Origin: Macrostomum lignano
Taxonomy: Eukaryota
Assembly: GCA_002269645.1 (NCBI GenBank)
Contig: NIVC01000795.1
Coordinates: 124,001 to 188,000 of the forward strand
Direction: 5' to 3'
DNA length: 64,000 bases
Shown: positions 30,036 to 43,200 of the stretch, in pieces
Numbering within the stretch: the stretch's first letter is position 1
How the letters are laid out: every line of letters starts with the position of its first letter
Notes under the pieces: model-generated
Database searches by the model: none
The model's input: only the letters and a program-made list of their open reading frames with translations
Told to the model about the DNA's origin: nothing
Position numbers and translations under genes: made by a program

Positions 30036-31719
30036 CAAGGACAACTTGATAACTAAGGACCGGAAACGAGCCAATTCATGGCGAAAAAAGTATGAGGCTC
30101 GTTTAAAAGCATTGTTCTATGGCCCATCCAAAAGCTACGAAAGCGAACAAATCTGAGCTAAAAATTGAGTTCTTCGCATGCACTTGCAATTGAGAGAGAG
30201 AGAAATTTTATTCTTGCTGAAACTAAATACGACTATCATGCCGAGAAAATTCAGCGTCATTTTCTGTTGTGCAAACTACAATAGTAACCGTGATCTGAAT
30301 GTTGTAGTATTTTCGTTTCCTAAAGATGCAACTGAACGAGATCGACTTGGCGACTGTCTCTGTCTAATCAACTGACGGTAAGACTTTCTTCAAATGTGCT
30401 GTGTGAATCAGATTTGGCCTGGCCACATGAATTCATTAACAATTCTGTTGTTGTTTGGACCGTGACAGACTACATGGGCGTGTGTGCTAAGCACTGGCCT
30501 CAAGATGTACCAATGATAAAAAAGGGAAGAAATGAAAGGCCGCTACATCCACCATCAGTTTTCGACGGAGTCCCGCAGTCCTGCCTCGTTCAAACACAAG
30601 GTTTGTGAATTTCTACTGCTTTAATTCAAATATTCGAGCGTATTTGCACTCCATCAAATAGGGTCGAAACGAAACACTAAGATGCGTGCTTGGATATTGC
30701 AGTGCATGCCAGTCGACAGGCTGAGGGAAGGGGCGTGCTGTTGTCCGAACGATGCCTTTTCCAAGATGAACTAGTAGAATTTCGAGAGCGTGACACGCTG
30801 CCATCGTGGACTGAATTCCGAGCATCCATTCACTGTTCAGACGTCATCAAAGCACATCAGCCTATTGTTACCATTGTTCAAGAGGAGGTGTTTATCTTAG
30901 CGCCAATGCCGAAATGGTTCTGCGAGTTTTCGTTTCACCAAACTATTCCGTGCGATGCTTTCGGTTACACTCACCAGTTGCGGTTCGAGATCTGCTTGGA
31001 TCCTGCCGAAAATTTAAACACCCCACTCGGTGAATTCACTGAAATGATTTCCCGGGGAAAGTTGAAGCACCCGCCAAAGTGGCTGTTCCATTTTGCTTGC
31101 CTCTGTTTCGGATGCTTCATTTCGCTGCGATCACCGTCATGTGCTTTGCGAGTGCGGAAATTGTTTGCTGCCGTTGGCGAGTTTTACTTCCTTGAAGCAG
31201 ATGTTCTGGGATGCTGCGTGCGCCTCACCAACTGTTTCTTCAAGGGTTATGTTCAACGAGGAGCAAAGAGCGCTCCTTCGCCGGATAAAGTGCACGATAG
31301 AAAAATACTGAAGCTGAGTGGACAGTGAGCGAACCTGGAGCAAACACTTCACTATTTATCATGGTCAGCTCTTGTCCCGTTCTGTGACTGTTATTTTCCT
31401 CTCTGTTTGTAGTTCAGATGAAGAAAGAATCGTAAATTTTTCTCGAGTTTCCTTATACATGTGCTGCGTGTACAGCTTTCCCATTGTGTATTTTCACGAC
31501 GTTTACTTTATGTAATAAAACTATTCAACATTTTAGAAAACCGACCCTGCACCCGCCTTCTGACTGCCTATCAGAAAGTCAAATATGATACGAGTATACA
31601 TTGGCAACTGAAAGCATGCGCATACGGATGGGCCATAGAAAAATGCTTTTAAACGAGCCTCATACTTTTTTCGCCATGAATGGGCTCGTTTCCGGTCCTG
31701 AGTTATCAAGTTGTCCTTG
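30036..31719 (+). mobile_element. Non-autonomous P-superfamily (THAP) DNA transposon, 1684 bp
   Basis: 94-bp TIRs (30036-30129 and 31626-31719; CAAGGACAACTTGATAACT...) with 3 mismatches. 8-bp TSD CCCAGAGC at 30028-30035 and 31720-31727. Internal THAP-like coding: MPRKFSVIFCCANY..FSFPKD...(frameshift)W...VCAKHW...PPSVF. A C-terminal remnant ISRGKLKHPP...CVRLTNCFFKGY follows. No DDE core is visible. Confidence 0.88.
30238..31328 (+). pseudogene. Frameshifted, internally deleted THAP-transposase remnant
   Basis: THAP C2CH-like signature is split across frames: an apparent frameshift at ~30347 precedes TGG CGA CTG (WRL). The 30690-31328 ORF appears to join N-terminal and C-terminal transposase segments. 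Confidence 0.7.
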
Positions 31720-32394
31720 CCCAGAGCCCAAATAGTTACGTATTTTTCTGCTTCCTCATTTTATACCACCGAGTAAGTGCTTGGATTCTGATCTTCAAGG
31801 CGGTCTCTATGGCCAAAACCGGCTGAATGTGTTCTAAAATTTCAGGAAGAGGCCCGAGGGATTTATGAAAATTGCTCCCGAAAAAGGCATGTTTAATCCC
31901 TCATATTCGAATCCGTGTTATAAAATTAACACCAATGAAAACTCCCATAGCGACCAATTTTCTTCTTGTTTAACTTACCAGGTAGATATGATAAAGCGAT
32001 AAAGAATTTATGCCTCAAGCAAGGTTAATACGACAGGCATGTAGAATGAAGGAGCAGAGGAATCTTAGGAATAGAGATTACGTTAAGGACCACTAGGAAC
32101 ACTTCGTTATTGATGTGTTCCTTATTACTAGTCCTTAACTGTAATCAAGGAACAATCACTTCTAGTTCTGTAGCTAGGCAACCCAGTAAGTCAACTGAAG
32201 GTATTCAATTACCTTTAATCCGGATGTGTAGATCTCTTCCTTGAGTTGACCTCGTAGATCTCGCTGACTGTCGTTCACAGTTGATCTGTCGATCAGGCGC
32301 CTTGTCTCTCCTGTTGCTCTGGTCCTGATTCTTCTTTGTCTCTAGCCGGCCGGTATCTGCAGTCAGGACCAATCAGAGGCCTCGTATCAACAAT

Positions 32395-33283
32395 GGGATC
32401 CCTGCGCCAAACTGCGGTTTTAAATAAGTCTTCTCCTTCTAGCAGTGCCTCTATGCACTCTAGGAATAGCTCCGGAAACCACTGATAGTCTTATAAGATC
32501 TATCAGGGGCAGTCCTTCTGGAGACTGCAACCAGTGGAGTCTAAACAGACTCAAGAGTCTCAACAAACTCAACTAAACTCAAGTCACACTAGACTTGAGT
32601 GAGACGTCTCAAACAACGGGCGCAAATGAGTAAGGCTTACCGCAAGTCACTCGACCGAGTCTCGAGTTGATCCAGGAAGTCTTGCTAAAGCTTCCTCTTC
32701 GGAGCTTCCTCTCGAGGAGAAGTTGTCTTCCAGATACTCCAGAAATGACATATTTGACATATGACTTGTATTTATAGGCAAACGAACCTCTCTCGAGGTC
32801 GTCCATCACTTTTTCGTAAATGTCAAAGGGTCACGATTCGGTGGCTGTCAAGCATGACAGGGTAGAAAGTTGCGCAACTAGTCTACTGTAAGCGCGAATG
32901 ATTGGTTACCGTATCTGGTGTTTTTCTGTCGCATTTGATTGGTTCATCCGGTGCAGACCGGGTGCAAGGCAGATGATGAATCGCAGGCAGGGTTTGTTTT
33001 GACAAAAGTAGGTCACACGTGACCAATGATGAATCGCAGATGGGGTTTAACTTGACAATTGTAGGTCACGCATGATTGGTGGGTTGCCAAGAATAACATG
33101 TTCGACTTTCCTCTCTTCTGATTGGTTGACTAAAATTACGCATGTGATTCAGTACTTATTTTTATACTTGCTACTTGCTATACTACTGAATAAAACTTAT
33201 AAGTAGTACGTTAACAATTTGTATGACTTTTTTGGGAGGTATAGCACTCTACATTATATAGTCTAGTCTAGTAGTCCTTAACA
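32395..33283 (-). mobile_element. Possible LTR plus primer-binding-site remnant of a Gypsy-like retrotransposon
   Basis: On the - strand: starts TGTTAAGG at 33283; TATAAAAA near 33165; two imperfect ~53-bp repeats at ~32970-33075; ends ...CCGCA at 32413, followed by GTT-TGGCGCAGGGATCCC (PBS-like). No gag/pol ORF or second LTR is seen. Confidence 0.35.
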
Positions 33284-33357
33284 CACACCGACACACACAA
33301 ACACACACACACACAGACACACAGAGACACATACAGACACACGCACACACACACACA
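33281..33357. repeat. (CA)n degenerate microsatellite
   Basis: Direct reading. Confidence 0.9.
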
Positions 33358-34243
33358 ATGGAAGTTCGATTTAGTTTCTCTAACTTTCTTACCGCTTTGC
33401 ATACACTGCTTCACATCCCTATCTCGCTACTCGTCAGTAAGCAGGTCAGAAAAGCGGGCAGAAATTCGTAAAGGCAGGTTTTGTCAAGGTATGATGATTT
33501 CGCATCTTAGGTACCGGAAATGCAATAAAATTTGCATCGATAACTCGCACTAGATCTAAGAAGTTAAGCTAAAATACCAAGCTCATTTCCCAGGACAAAA
33601 GCGGCAGTCGTTTTAGCAACTTCTTAAGTCTTTAAATTGCAACAGAAGTCGACACAAGCTTTTCAAACGAGACGACAAGGATCAATTCAGAAATGGCTCT
33701 TGACTTTGAGCAGGACTTTGGGGCTAGCCGAGAGAACTGTTCACTGTCGCGTGCTAATTGAGGGTTAAGGCAATTTTTGAGTAGGAAAACTCCTGAATAG
33801 GTCCTGCGTCTCAGCCGCTGCTAGAACCCCAACCCCATCCCCCGCAGCAGCGGGGAGCTCCTGGAGTTCTGGAAGACAAAAGCGGAAAAAGCGTGAGGAG
33901 GCAGCGATGTTGGGTAGGGGAATGCGCGGAGGCGGCAGGCACAGCAAGTTGCTGTAGCGACTGCGCCAACAAACAAAATATGAGAGCGGATCCAGAGTGC
34001 CTCGGCCGCACAAGCCCATCTGTGATTCGTTCTCAGATCCGCCCACAGACAGGGCCTCTCATGGAGTATTTCAGCCTCCGCATTCCCTACTGGGGAATGC
34101 TTGGTCTCTTCTCGTCTTGTCGCTCGTCTTATCTTCTTCGTCTAGTCACAAGAAGCTTTTTAGCGTAAGATAGAAAAATGGTGAGCTGGCGACTTGTTAA
34201 CTCGTGACGCACTGTGAGACTTATAAACAGGCGCTGGATTAAC

Positions 34244-37200
34244 ATGACCAAGCAAACTGATTTTCAGGTCACCTGGCCTTGTCGGCTCTCCCTGTCCGCC
34301 CTGTTGACCATCGCGCTCTGCTGCTGCGGCATCGGAGCCATCAGGTTTGAGGGCTGCTACCTGGACAGCGGTCAAGAGCGAGTGTTTCTCGTATCACCGG
34401 GAGACTACGATCCCGACCTCCTGGCAACAGAGGTGATCACCTGCGCCGCTAGCTGCAAGGCCAGCAGTTATCGCTACACCGGAATCTGGCAGGCTCGCTT
34501 CTGCTTCTGCGCGCAGAACATCAGCTCGGTGGCGAGCGCCACCTTCAACAGGACGGAAGCGGACGCTGGAAGCTGCACAGACGCCGAACACATTGCGGTA
34601 GGTGTCCTGAACATCTTGAGGGTTTGACAGGCCTAAGAAAAATTAGTATTCTATCGCAGTTCATCCATTCTGAGCTTGACAGTGTCATCCAGGGTGCGAC
34701 AGAACAACCCATCCTGAGCTTGACAGTGTCATCTGGGATGCGATAGAACAACCCATCCTGAGCTTGACAGTGTCATCTTGGATGCGATAGAACAACCCAT
34801 CCTGAGCTTGACAGTGTCCTCTGGCATGCGATAGAACAACCCATCCTGAGCTTGACAGTGTCATTTGGGATGCGATAGAACAACCCATCCTGAGCTTGAC
34901 AGTGTCATCTTGGATGCGATAGAACAACCCATCCTGAGCTTGACAGTGTCATCTTGGATGCGATAGAACAACCCATCCTGAGCTTGACAGTGTCATCTGG
35001 CATGCGATAGAACAACCCATCCTGAGCTTGACAGTGTCATCTGGGATGCGATAGAACAACCTGAGCTTGACAGTGTAATCTTGGATGCGATAGAACAACC
35101 CATCCTGAGCTTGACAATGTCATCTTGGATGCGATAGAACAACCCATCCTGAGCTTGACAATGTCATCTTGGATGCGATAGAACAACCCATCCTGAGCTT
35201 GACAGTGTCATCTGGCATGCGATAGAACAACCCATCCTGAGCTTGCAGTGTCATCTGGGATGCGATAGAACAACCTGAGCTTGACAGTGTCATCTTGGAT
35301 GCGATAGAACAACCCATCCTGAGCTTGACAGTGTAATCTTGGATGCGATAGAACAACCTGAGCTTGACAATGTCATCTTGGATGCGATAGAACAACCCAT
35401 CCTGAGCTTGACAGTGTAATCTTGGATGCGATAGAACAACCCATCCTGAGCTTGACAATGTCATCTTGGATGCGATAGAACAACCCATCCTGAGCTTGAC
35501 AGTGTCATCTTGGATGCGATAGAACAACCCATCCTGAGCTTGACAGTGTCATCTTGGATGCGATAGAACAACCCATCCTGAGCTTGACAGTGTAATCTTG
35601 GATGCGATAGAACAACCTGAGCTTGACAGTGTCATCTTGGATGCGATAGAACAACCCATCCTGAGCTTGACAGTGTAATCTTGGATGCGATAGAACAACC
35701 TGAGCTTGACAATGTCATCTTGGATGCGATAGAACAACCCATCCTGAGCTTGACAGTGTAATCTTGGATGCGATAGAACAACCCATCCTGAGCTTGACAA
35801 TGTCATCTTGGATGCGATAGAACAACCCATCCTGAGCTTGACAGTGTCATCTGGCATGCGATAGAACAACCCATCCTGAGCTTGACAGTGTCATCCGGCA
35901 TGCGATAGAACAACCCATCCTGAGCTTGACAGTGTCATCTGGCATGCGATAGAAGAACCCATCCTGAGCTTGACAGTGTCATCCGGCATTCGATAGAATA
36001 ATCCTGTGTTAGTGCGTTTGTGTGCGAGCCTGCGTACAGTATCCTCGCGCTTGTACAGTGTGTGCTTAGGAGTCAACGGAGTGTTCAGAATTGCTTCAGC
36101 GCTGGTTGTGAGACAAATTCGCTGAAGTCTTTTCGCCAGGATGCCCAGAGCCCTCCCGCAGTTATTATTCCTATAATGATATTAAACTAATTGTACTTAA
36201 CTCAAGCTGGTATGCAATTCCTCAACAGGTTTATGACATCGACAGCACAGACTTGGCTGACGATCTCCAAATCTTGCCGCCAGCCCAAGGTACAGTAGTC
36301 GATGCCGGGTCCGTCAACCTGACTGTCGACACGTCTGTTTTTGCCGCCACCGAGTACCTTGTCCGAATGTCCTACGGTGACGATGCCAGCAGGTGGGAGC
36401 GCATTGACTATCCACAGCAGCAGGTCAACAAGTCCTACATTGTGCCAGGCGTATGGAATGCGCGAGCCAACGCTTACTATCAGAATTCGTCCCTGGTAAG
36501 AAAAGTCAAAATGTTTCGTCAAAGCCACTGTATGTCAACGATTTTAATTTGCTATGTTACGCATGTCCATTTCAAGTAGAAAGGGGGACAGACAGGGTTA
36601 TTGGATTTGCTTATCGAATATAAATGTCATTTTGCCATTACCTATCTGCAGATTGGCAGTAGCAGTCTTCAGTTGCTGGTGGTTGAGCAGACAGTAATTG
36701 CCAATATCACCTGCCCGGTTGTGCTGCTGGTGACAAGTCCAATTCAGTGCACACTCAGTCTCATCTCCGGCACCCGAGTGCGGGCCAGCATCGACTGGGG
36801 CGACGGCACACAGGAGAACTTCCTTTTAGCCGGTGAGGGGTGTCAAAAACTTTTGGCCGAAATGCATCAGATGAGGTGTACTTCAGACCTCTGAGTCCTC
36901 GATTCCATTTGCCTACTTAAAGTTGAGTTGAGCTGAGAAGTAGAGTTACATTTCTCTGGAAAATCTTCATCTTCATTCAGATTCAACGTGGGAGAGAGCC
37001 GGAACTCCGGTAGGTCAAAATAACGTGGACCTGGCCAGCCCAACTTCAGACAACGTTGTGCTAGTTGATGCCGACTTCAAGTACGTTGGAATTCTGCAGG
37101 CATTTGAGTTCCTTGGCATCAGCGGCGGCAGCACCGTCAATCTGATGGTATGGTTGGGCAAAAGAACATCAGTTTTTTTACCTTAAAGCTAGGTATGATT

Positions 37201-40200
37201 TACACTCGAGTATCGAACTTTCTTCCGCAGATATTCCGTCCCATGTGCCCACTGGGTGAGCAGTTCTGCTTCGGGCAGTACGCCTGCAGTACCGATAATC
37301 TCTGCGCGTCAACCGTTGACTGTTCATCGCCCGTCGAAACACTGTGCCCGACAACCGAGAGCTGCTGGGCCAGTGAGGGTACTTGTTTAAAAACCAGGAC
37401 AAAGCAAAATACCACTCGAGGCATTGCAAGCAGCTACCAGGTTATTGCTGTGTACGCTAGCGTACCTGTCAGTGCGGGCTACAACCTCTACCGCGTCCCA
37501 GATGAGTTCACCGTGTTTCCAGGCGATCGCATTGGATTTTATGGAACCACCATAGCGGCCAGGTCTGCCAGCTCGGCTGAGGGTCCAGACTATCACCTGC
37601 AGCGACCATCAGCTCCAGCCATTAATGATATTTTCAATGCTGCCAACGCCAACTGGAACTCAACAGGTGTGCACCATCAAGTGTCAGCACTGTCAAAGTC
37701 TCTGCAAACGTATACGCTGGAAAGAAAATATATAAGCACTGGAAATACAACAATTTCTGTTCGACTTTCAAGTAACCCTTTTGGAGGACCGTCAGTTAAT
37801 CTAAGTCGGGCTGTGTTGCTGCAGGAGGGCATCAATGACACCAGCTTTGAGCCTGTCCTCGATGTGCTGAGCAACGAACCCTGTAATCTGAGGCTTAAAC
37901 CACACACAGGTCTCAATGTCAAATATAACTGGACATTTAGCGATGGCGGTACGGATTTTACAACCGTACCCTTCAGCTCCTACGCTATTAGTGGCTTGGG
38001 ACCGGCAAGTGTCAACGTCACCGCCTACAGCACTTTAGACACGAGACAAGGTTATCTCAGCTTCAGACTGATCAGCCGGGTGAACATTCTCCATTTGATT
38101 GTAGACGGTCAGCATTTTGGCAACGACTCTGCAGTCAGCATATCACTGAACTCTGGAAGTGACTACCTCTGCACCATCAACGCATCCTCAGGAGAGACGC
38201 AGGGTCCGATCGCGGCCTTAAGCTTCCGAGTCTCCGCGCAATCCAGCCCGGCGTTGTACTTTTTGAAGGCCACCTGTTACAACTCGTTGAGCAGCAGCTC
38301 CCGTACGGTTCCGCTTTATGTAGAGATTCCAGTAACTGGATTCGTTGTTGAAACCAATGCTGCTGAAGTTGGGGTTCCCTTCCAGCTGGAAATGAGTATC
38401 TTTAACGGAACACATCCAAAATTCCAAGCCTCGATTGCGGGTGAAAACAAAACAGTGGTCTACAACTCTGCGGCACTGCGGGCTCTGGCAGAGGCGAGCT
38501 CACTGCCGACAGCAGGAATGTTTGCCGTTGTCTGTCGAACATACAACAATGTGAGCGACATTGTCATCGCCCTCAACGTGACAGCGCAGCACCGAATTTC
38601 CAACGCGTCCTTTAGGGTTCAGAGCAGCGCGATTGGCGTGAACAGCTACGGCTTATTTGAACTTACAATGTCTGCAGGCACTGGAGTTCAAATCAGCGTG
38701 CAGTTTGGCGATGGCAACTCCTACAACTATACCACCACTGACTTGGAAGAATGGGGCGGTCGCAATCTGTCATTCAACCACACCTACACGATCGGTGGTA
38801 GCTTCACGGTGACTGCGACTCTCAGTAATCTGATTGGCAACACAACTTTGACACTCAGCGTCAGTGTGCTGGCTCCGTTGGGTCAGTACGCTTTGATCGG
38901 ACCGGCGACTTCAAACCTGAACAATCCTGTCCAGTTCAGCTTTCAGGTACTTAGTGGCTCTCCTCCCAGTTCGGCAAAAGTGACGTTCAGCTGGGGCGAC
39001 GGCTCACCACTGGAGACCTTCGATATGCTGCTCACTTGGACATACAACCACACATACGCTGCTTTGGGAAACTATATCATTTCCTTCAATGCCAGCAACC
39101 CAATTCCCACCTTGGCTGCAAATAGTACATCCATTACAATTGTCGATCTTATCGTTAACCCCCGAGCCACGTTCACTCCTCCGGTGCTGGCTAAAGGAGA
39201 GTCGGCTTCAGTCAAAATCACCATAGACGGCGGATCAGATGTCACCTGCACTCTGGTGCCTGGAGACGGAGGCTCGCCGGACGTTTCTGTGATTCCTAGT
39301 AATAATTTAACTGGCAATTTTTTCATTGTGTTTCTAATTAGCGACGTCTACCTAAACACCTGAATTTTATTTCCAGCTTCTGGACAAAATACGCAGAGAA
39401 TCCTGACCAGCACCTACAACACCAACGGCACGTTCATCATGAACTTGACGGTTTGCAACGCTGCCATGTGCTTCGTTTTCACTCACAACCTAAAAGTGGT
39501 TAACAAGTTGCAGAGCTCCACGCTGGGTCTCACTACGAATGGGAACCAGACGTTTGGCGGTACGTATAAACATATTTTCAAATTAATGCGTTTTATTTTA
39601 ATAATCTTTCATGTAAATTTATTGGAAATGTGTGTCCTAATCAAAACTTTTAGATCCCATAATCTTCACTTTCACCTACTCGGGCACAGCGGCTGATGCC
39701 CCTTACGGTAGCGTGATTGAGCTGCGCGATGCAAATGGCACTGCAGTCAGCAGTACAGAGCTCGACCTGCCGACCACTCAAGTGTCCGTCTCTCCTGCGC
39801 AGCATGGCTACGTGTCTTACTCATTTTTCGTTTATAACAACGGCAGTAACTTCACCATTCAGAGTCCAGTGGTCAGTACAAGATTTGTCTTAAACTGTTT
39901 GTACATGAGCGCCGTTGTAAAGCACTTTTTTCGTTTATTTCAGATTGGCTCTTTCCTACCCATATCTAACCTGAGCCTCACGCTGATGTATCGGTCGCCA
40001 GGCAGAGACATTCTGAACAGCGGCTTCGGTGCAGACAGACTGACGTTCCCCAATAAGCAGGAGCTGGTCGCGTTGCCTTCGTTTTTCGGTATGCTGCATC
40101 GTTTGCATTTCATTGAAAGTGACTCCCCGAAACCAAATGAAAAACCTACTGCTTTTTAGGAACCTCTGAAAAGCACACGTTCTCGATTAGTCAGATTCCA

Positions 40201-43200
40201 GCCCTTGGGGAGCAATCAGTCGCCACCTTTCAGCCGAATGAGACGATTTATCTTTATCTGAACTCGGTAAGATATTGAATTTTATAATTAATAACTACCT
40301 GAGTTTTACTATAACCAACAAAATTTTATTATCGCTTCAGACGGGAAACTACCTGGTGAGTCTGTTCACCTGGAACCCAATTTCAAACGCCACATTCAGC
40401 ACCAACATCACTGTCGGTGGCTCGATGATAAACGGCCGCGTTGTGGACGTGCAAGGCGTTAGCCGGCCTGGCCAGACACGCTCACTATCGGTAGTCTGGG
40501 ACGTTCTGTCCGAGGACACCTGCGTGTACGTAGACCTGGGCATAGCAACCGAGCTGCACCTGTACGGCCCAGCTGCTTGTCTGGCAATCTGCAGACCACC
40601 CGACAACAAAGACTACAATCACAGCAGCAGCCTGGTTTCTAACAACCGTATTGACTTCTCCGTCGTATACAAAAAGCGAGGCACCTACATAGTTAAAGTG
40701 TTCACTTGCAATCAATTCGCCAACGACAGCTTCACTGCCACAGTTGCCGTATCGCCCAGCAAATGCCTGCCGCCGCATGTCACCATGGCCGATGAGCCCC
40801 ACATGCGAGTAGAAAATCCTCGAAAAGTATTGCGCTCGGCCTCAGTGACAGTCGAGTGCATCATCACGGAGCTACCATGCGAAGCTACCCCGCAGAACCG
40901 GCGAGAATGGCTGATTGAATCTTTGGACGAAACCACGAGAAGCGTTACAGGCATTGTCGATGTTTCATCGCTGCCCACATTCGGCAATACTATCCTGGCG
41001 CTTCCACCCCGGTTCCTTGAGCTCGGGTTGTACCGCGTGACGGCTAGAGTGGTTATGAACACGACGGTAACTGTGGAGGAATTCGCCAATTATAGCAGCA
41101 TCTATTTGCTCGTGGGCAGCTCTCCGCTTATAGTGTCCTTGACTCCCGGTGGCATGATCGAGGTGAAGAGAAGCGTTGGCCGTACCATCTGTCTGGAGCC
41201 CAAGTTGAACTCGTTTGACCCGGATGTTGGATCTATCGATCCGAATGCGCAGGGAATCGGATCCTGGGTGTATCACTGCTGGCAGAAAGGCGAGGCAGAA
41301 CCTGACGACTCAAGCCGCTCACCGGTGCAAATTCCTAGAAACAGCAGCTTCAATGCTATCAATCATACTACGGGCTGCTTTGGTTCTCCGCCCGGCTTTG
41401 TGCAGACCGGTGGCTCCGGTGGAGCATTCTGCTTCGACGGAGCAAACCTCTGGGCCAACCGGACCTACATCTTCAAGGTGCAGGGCTTCAAAGCAAAGCG
41501 ATCATCCCGATCCGTTCTCAGGATTATTACTACAGATCTTTTCCCAGCCATCATTGACTTAAGGTGATTTTCTGATTCTCTTCTTCAAATCTAGCTTCTT
41601 CGATACAGTATTCTGGAATGGTTTCCCTCATCGGCGAGGTGTGCTAAATCTTTTAGGTGCCGATTTCCGGCAGAGTGTCATCGCATGAGCGGCAGCGATC
41701 TCGGCTACAACATGGTAAACCCTACGGACACCGTGCAGCTTACGAGCAGCTGCCAGAGCTCTGAAAACGCCAGCGTTTGCGACAGCACAGCCTGGAGTGT
41801 TGAGTTCCTCGACAGCTCTAACAACTGGGTTGTCGTTGACGCGCAAACAATGCAGGCATTTGTGCAAGGTAGGCAACTAGCTGTTGCACAGCGGATCAAG
41901 CTATTATTAGCATGCAAGCGAAGTCATCCCGCTCAATCGATTCCCTCATTGCAGGCTCCAGTTTCAGGGAAGTTTCGCTCTCACCGGATCTATTCTCCAA
42001 CATCACCTCGAGGCGATTCCGCGTGTGCTTGAAGGTGGGCCTTGGCACTGTGAACGAAGGAGAAGCGTGCAGCCTTCTCTTCACTAATCTGGTGCCAACC
42101 ACAGGAGCGTGTACCTGCAACTCTACAAGTGGCGTGGCTGCGGTGACGCCGTTCGAAATTTCCTGCTCACCATTTACCGACTCCGACGGCATTGACTCCT
42201 ATCAGTTTATTTGTGAGAAATGGCCTTTTATTCTATTATCCCACCTCAGTTTACTCATCAAGCCATTCAACGTCACCTGTTTTGCCTCAACACCTTAGCT
42301 ATGAATATTGCTTTGCAGTGGGTGAAGAAATGAATGAGGCGTTGAGCACGGAGGTGGTTCAATCCCTGAGGTTATTTAGATGTTTGGTTAGTCAGGGAAG
42401 AGATTGATTTTAGCTTAGTGCCTGGCGTATATCTATAGGCATATTTATACGATTATAACATACTGTATTATGTGCAGAAACTATTAGAAGTAAATGCAAA
42501 AAATATGCATACAGCTAATAATTAAACGATGAAGAATACGCAGTTTATGTACAGAAATCTTTTGTTGAGAAAGTTGGAAGAAATGCGAAGAAAATTATTT
42601 TTGACTAGCATAGGAATAATTACTATTTATGGAAAGCGCTGACGTACGGAAACTTCTAGGCGCTGCTAAATATACCCAGATGCGACAATTTCATCCCCTT
42701 AATTCACCTTAGTTCTCTGAAACTAGATTACTAACCACCTCATCACGCCACGAACGCAGTGAAAGTGGGGGCCAACGTGACTACGAACGCATCGACTCTG
42801 ATCGGCTTCAGCGACCGGCCACTTTACCAGGGCCCGTTTCCGTATGTAGCCAGCTCTGTGGAAGTCTGCGTGATCGCCACGGACAGCTACGGAGCCACAA
42901 CCACGGCTTGCATAGCGACAGTATCAGTGAGCGCCTTGAGGGTTGTTATAATGGAATTCAAAGGACCCCTGTTAGTCTAACGTGACGTAAAACTCAAAGA
43001 TCGTATAACTTTTTTGGAGGCCAATTTCTATGAAAAAAATACACTGTGGAGATATTTTTTAATCCCAAAATCAATGAAGGCAGGGCAGTGAAGATTACCA
43101 TTTCTTTAATTTAGCATGTTACTCTGTTATATTTTAATATACCTGTGTATTAAAAAAATTATTAAAAGAAAATATTATGAAAATTAAACTTTCACTACAC

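Noticed and set aside
30006-30074. N-terminal extension MARFRSLVIKLSL of the tetraspanin ORF
   Set aside because: It originates inside the transposon TIR. An acceptor AG precedes ATG 30005, which gives a normal short N-terminus.
34672-35995. CRISPR-like appearance of regular 44-bp and similar repeats
   Set aside because: The units are head-to-tail with no unique spacers, there are no cas genes, and the context is eukaryotic.
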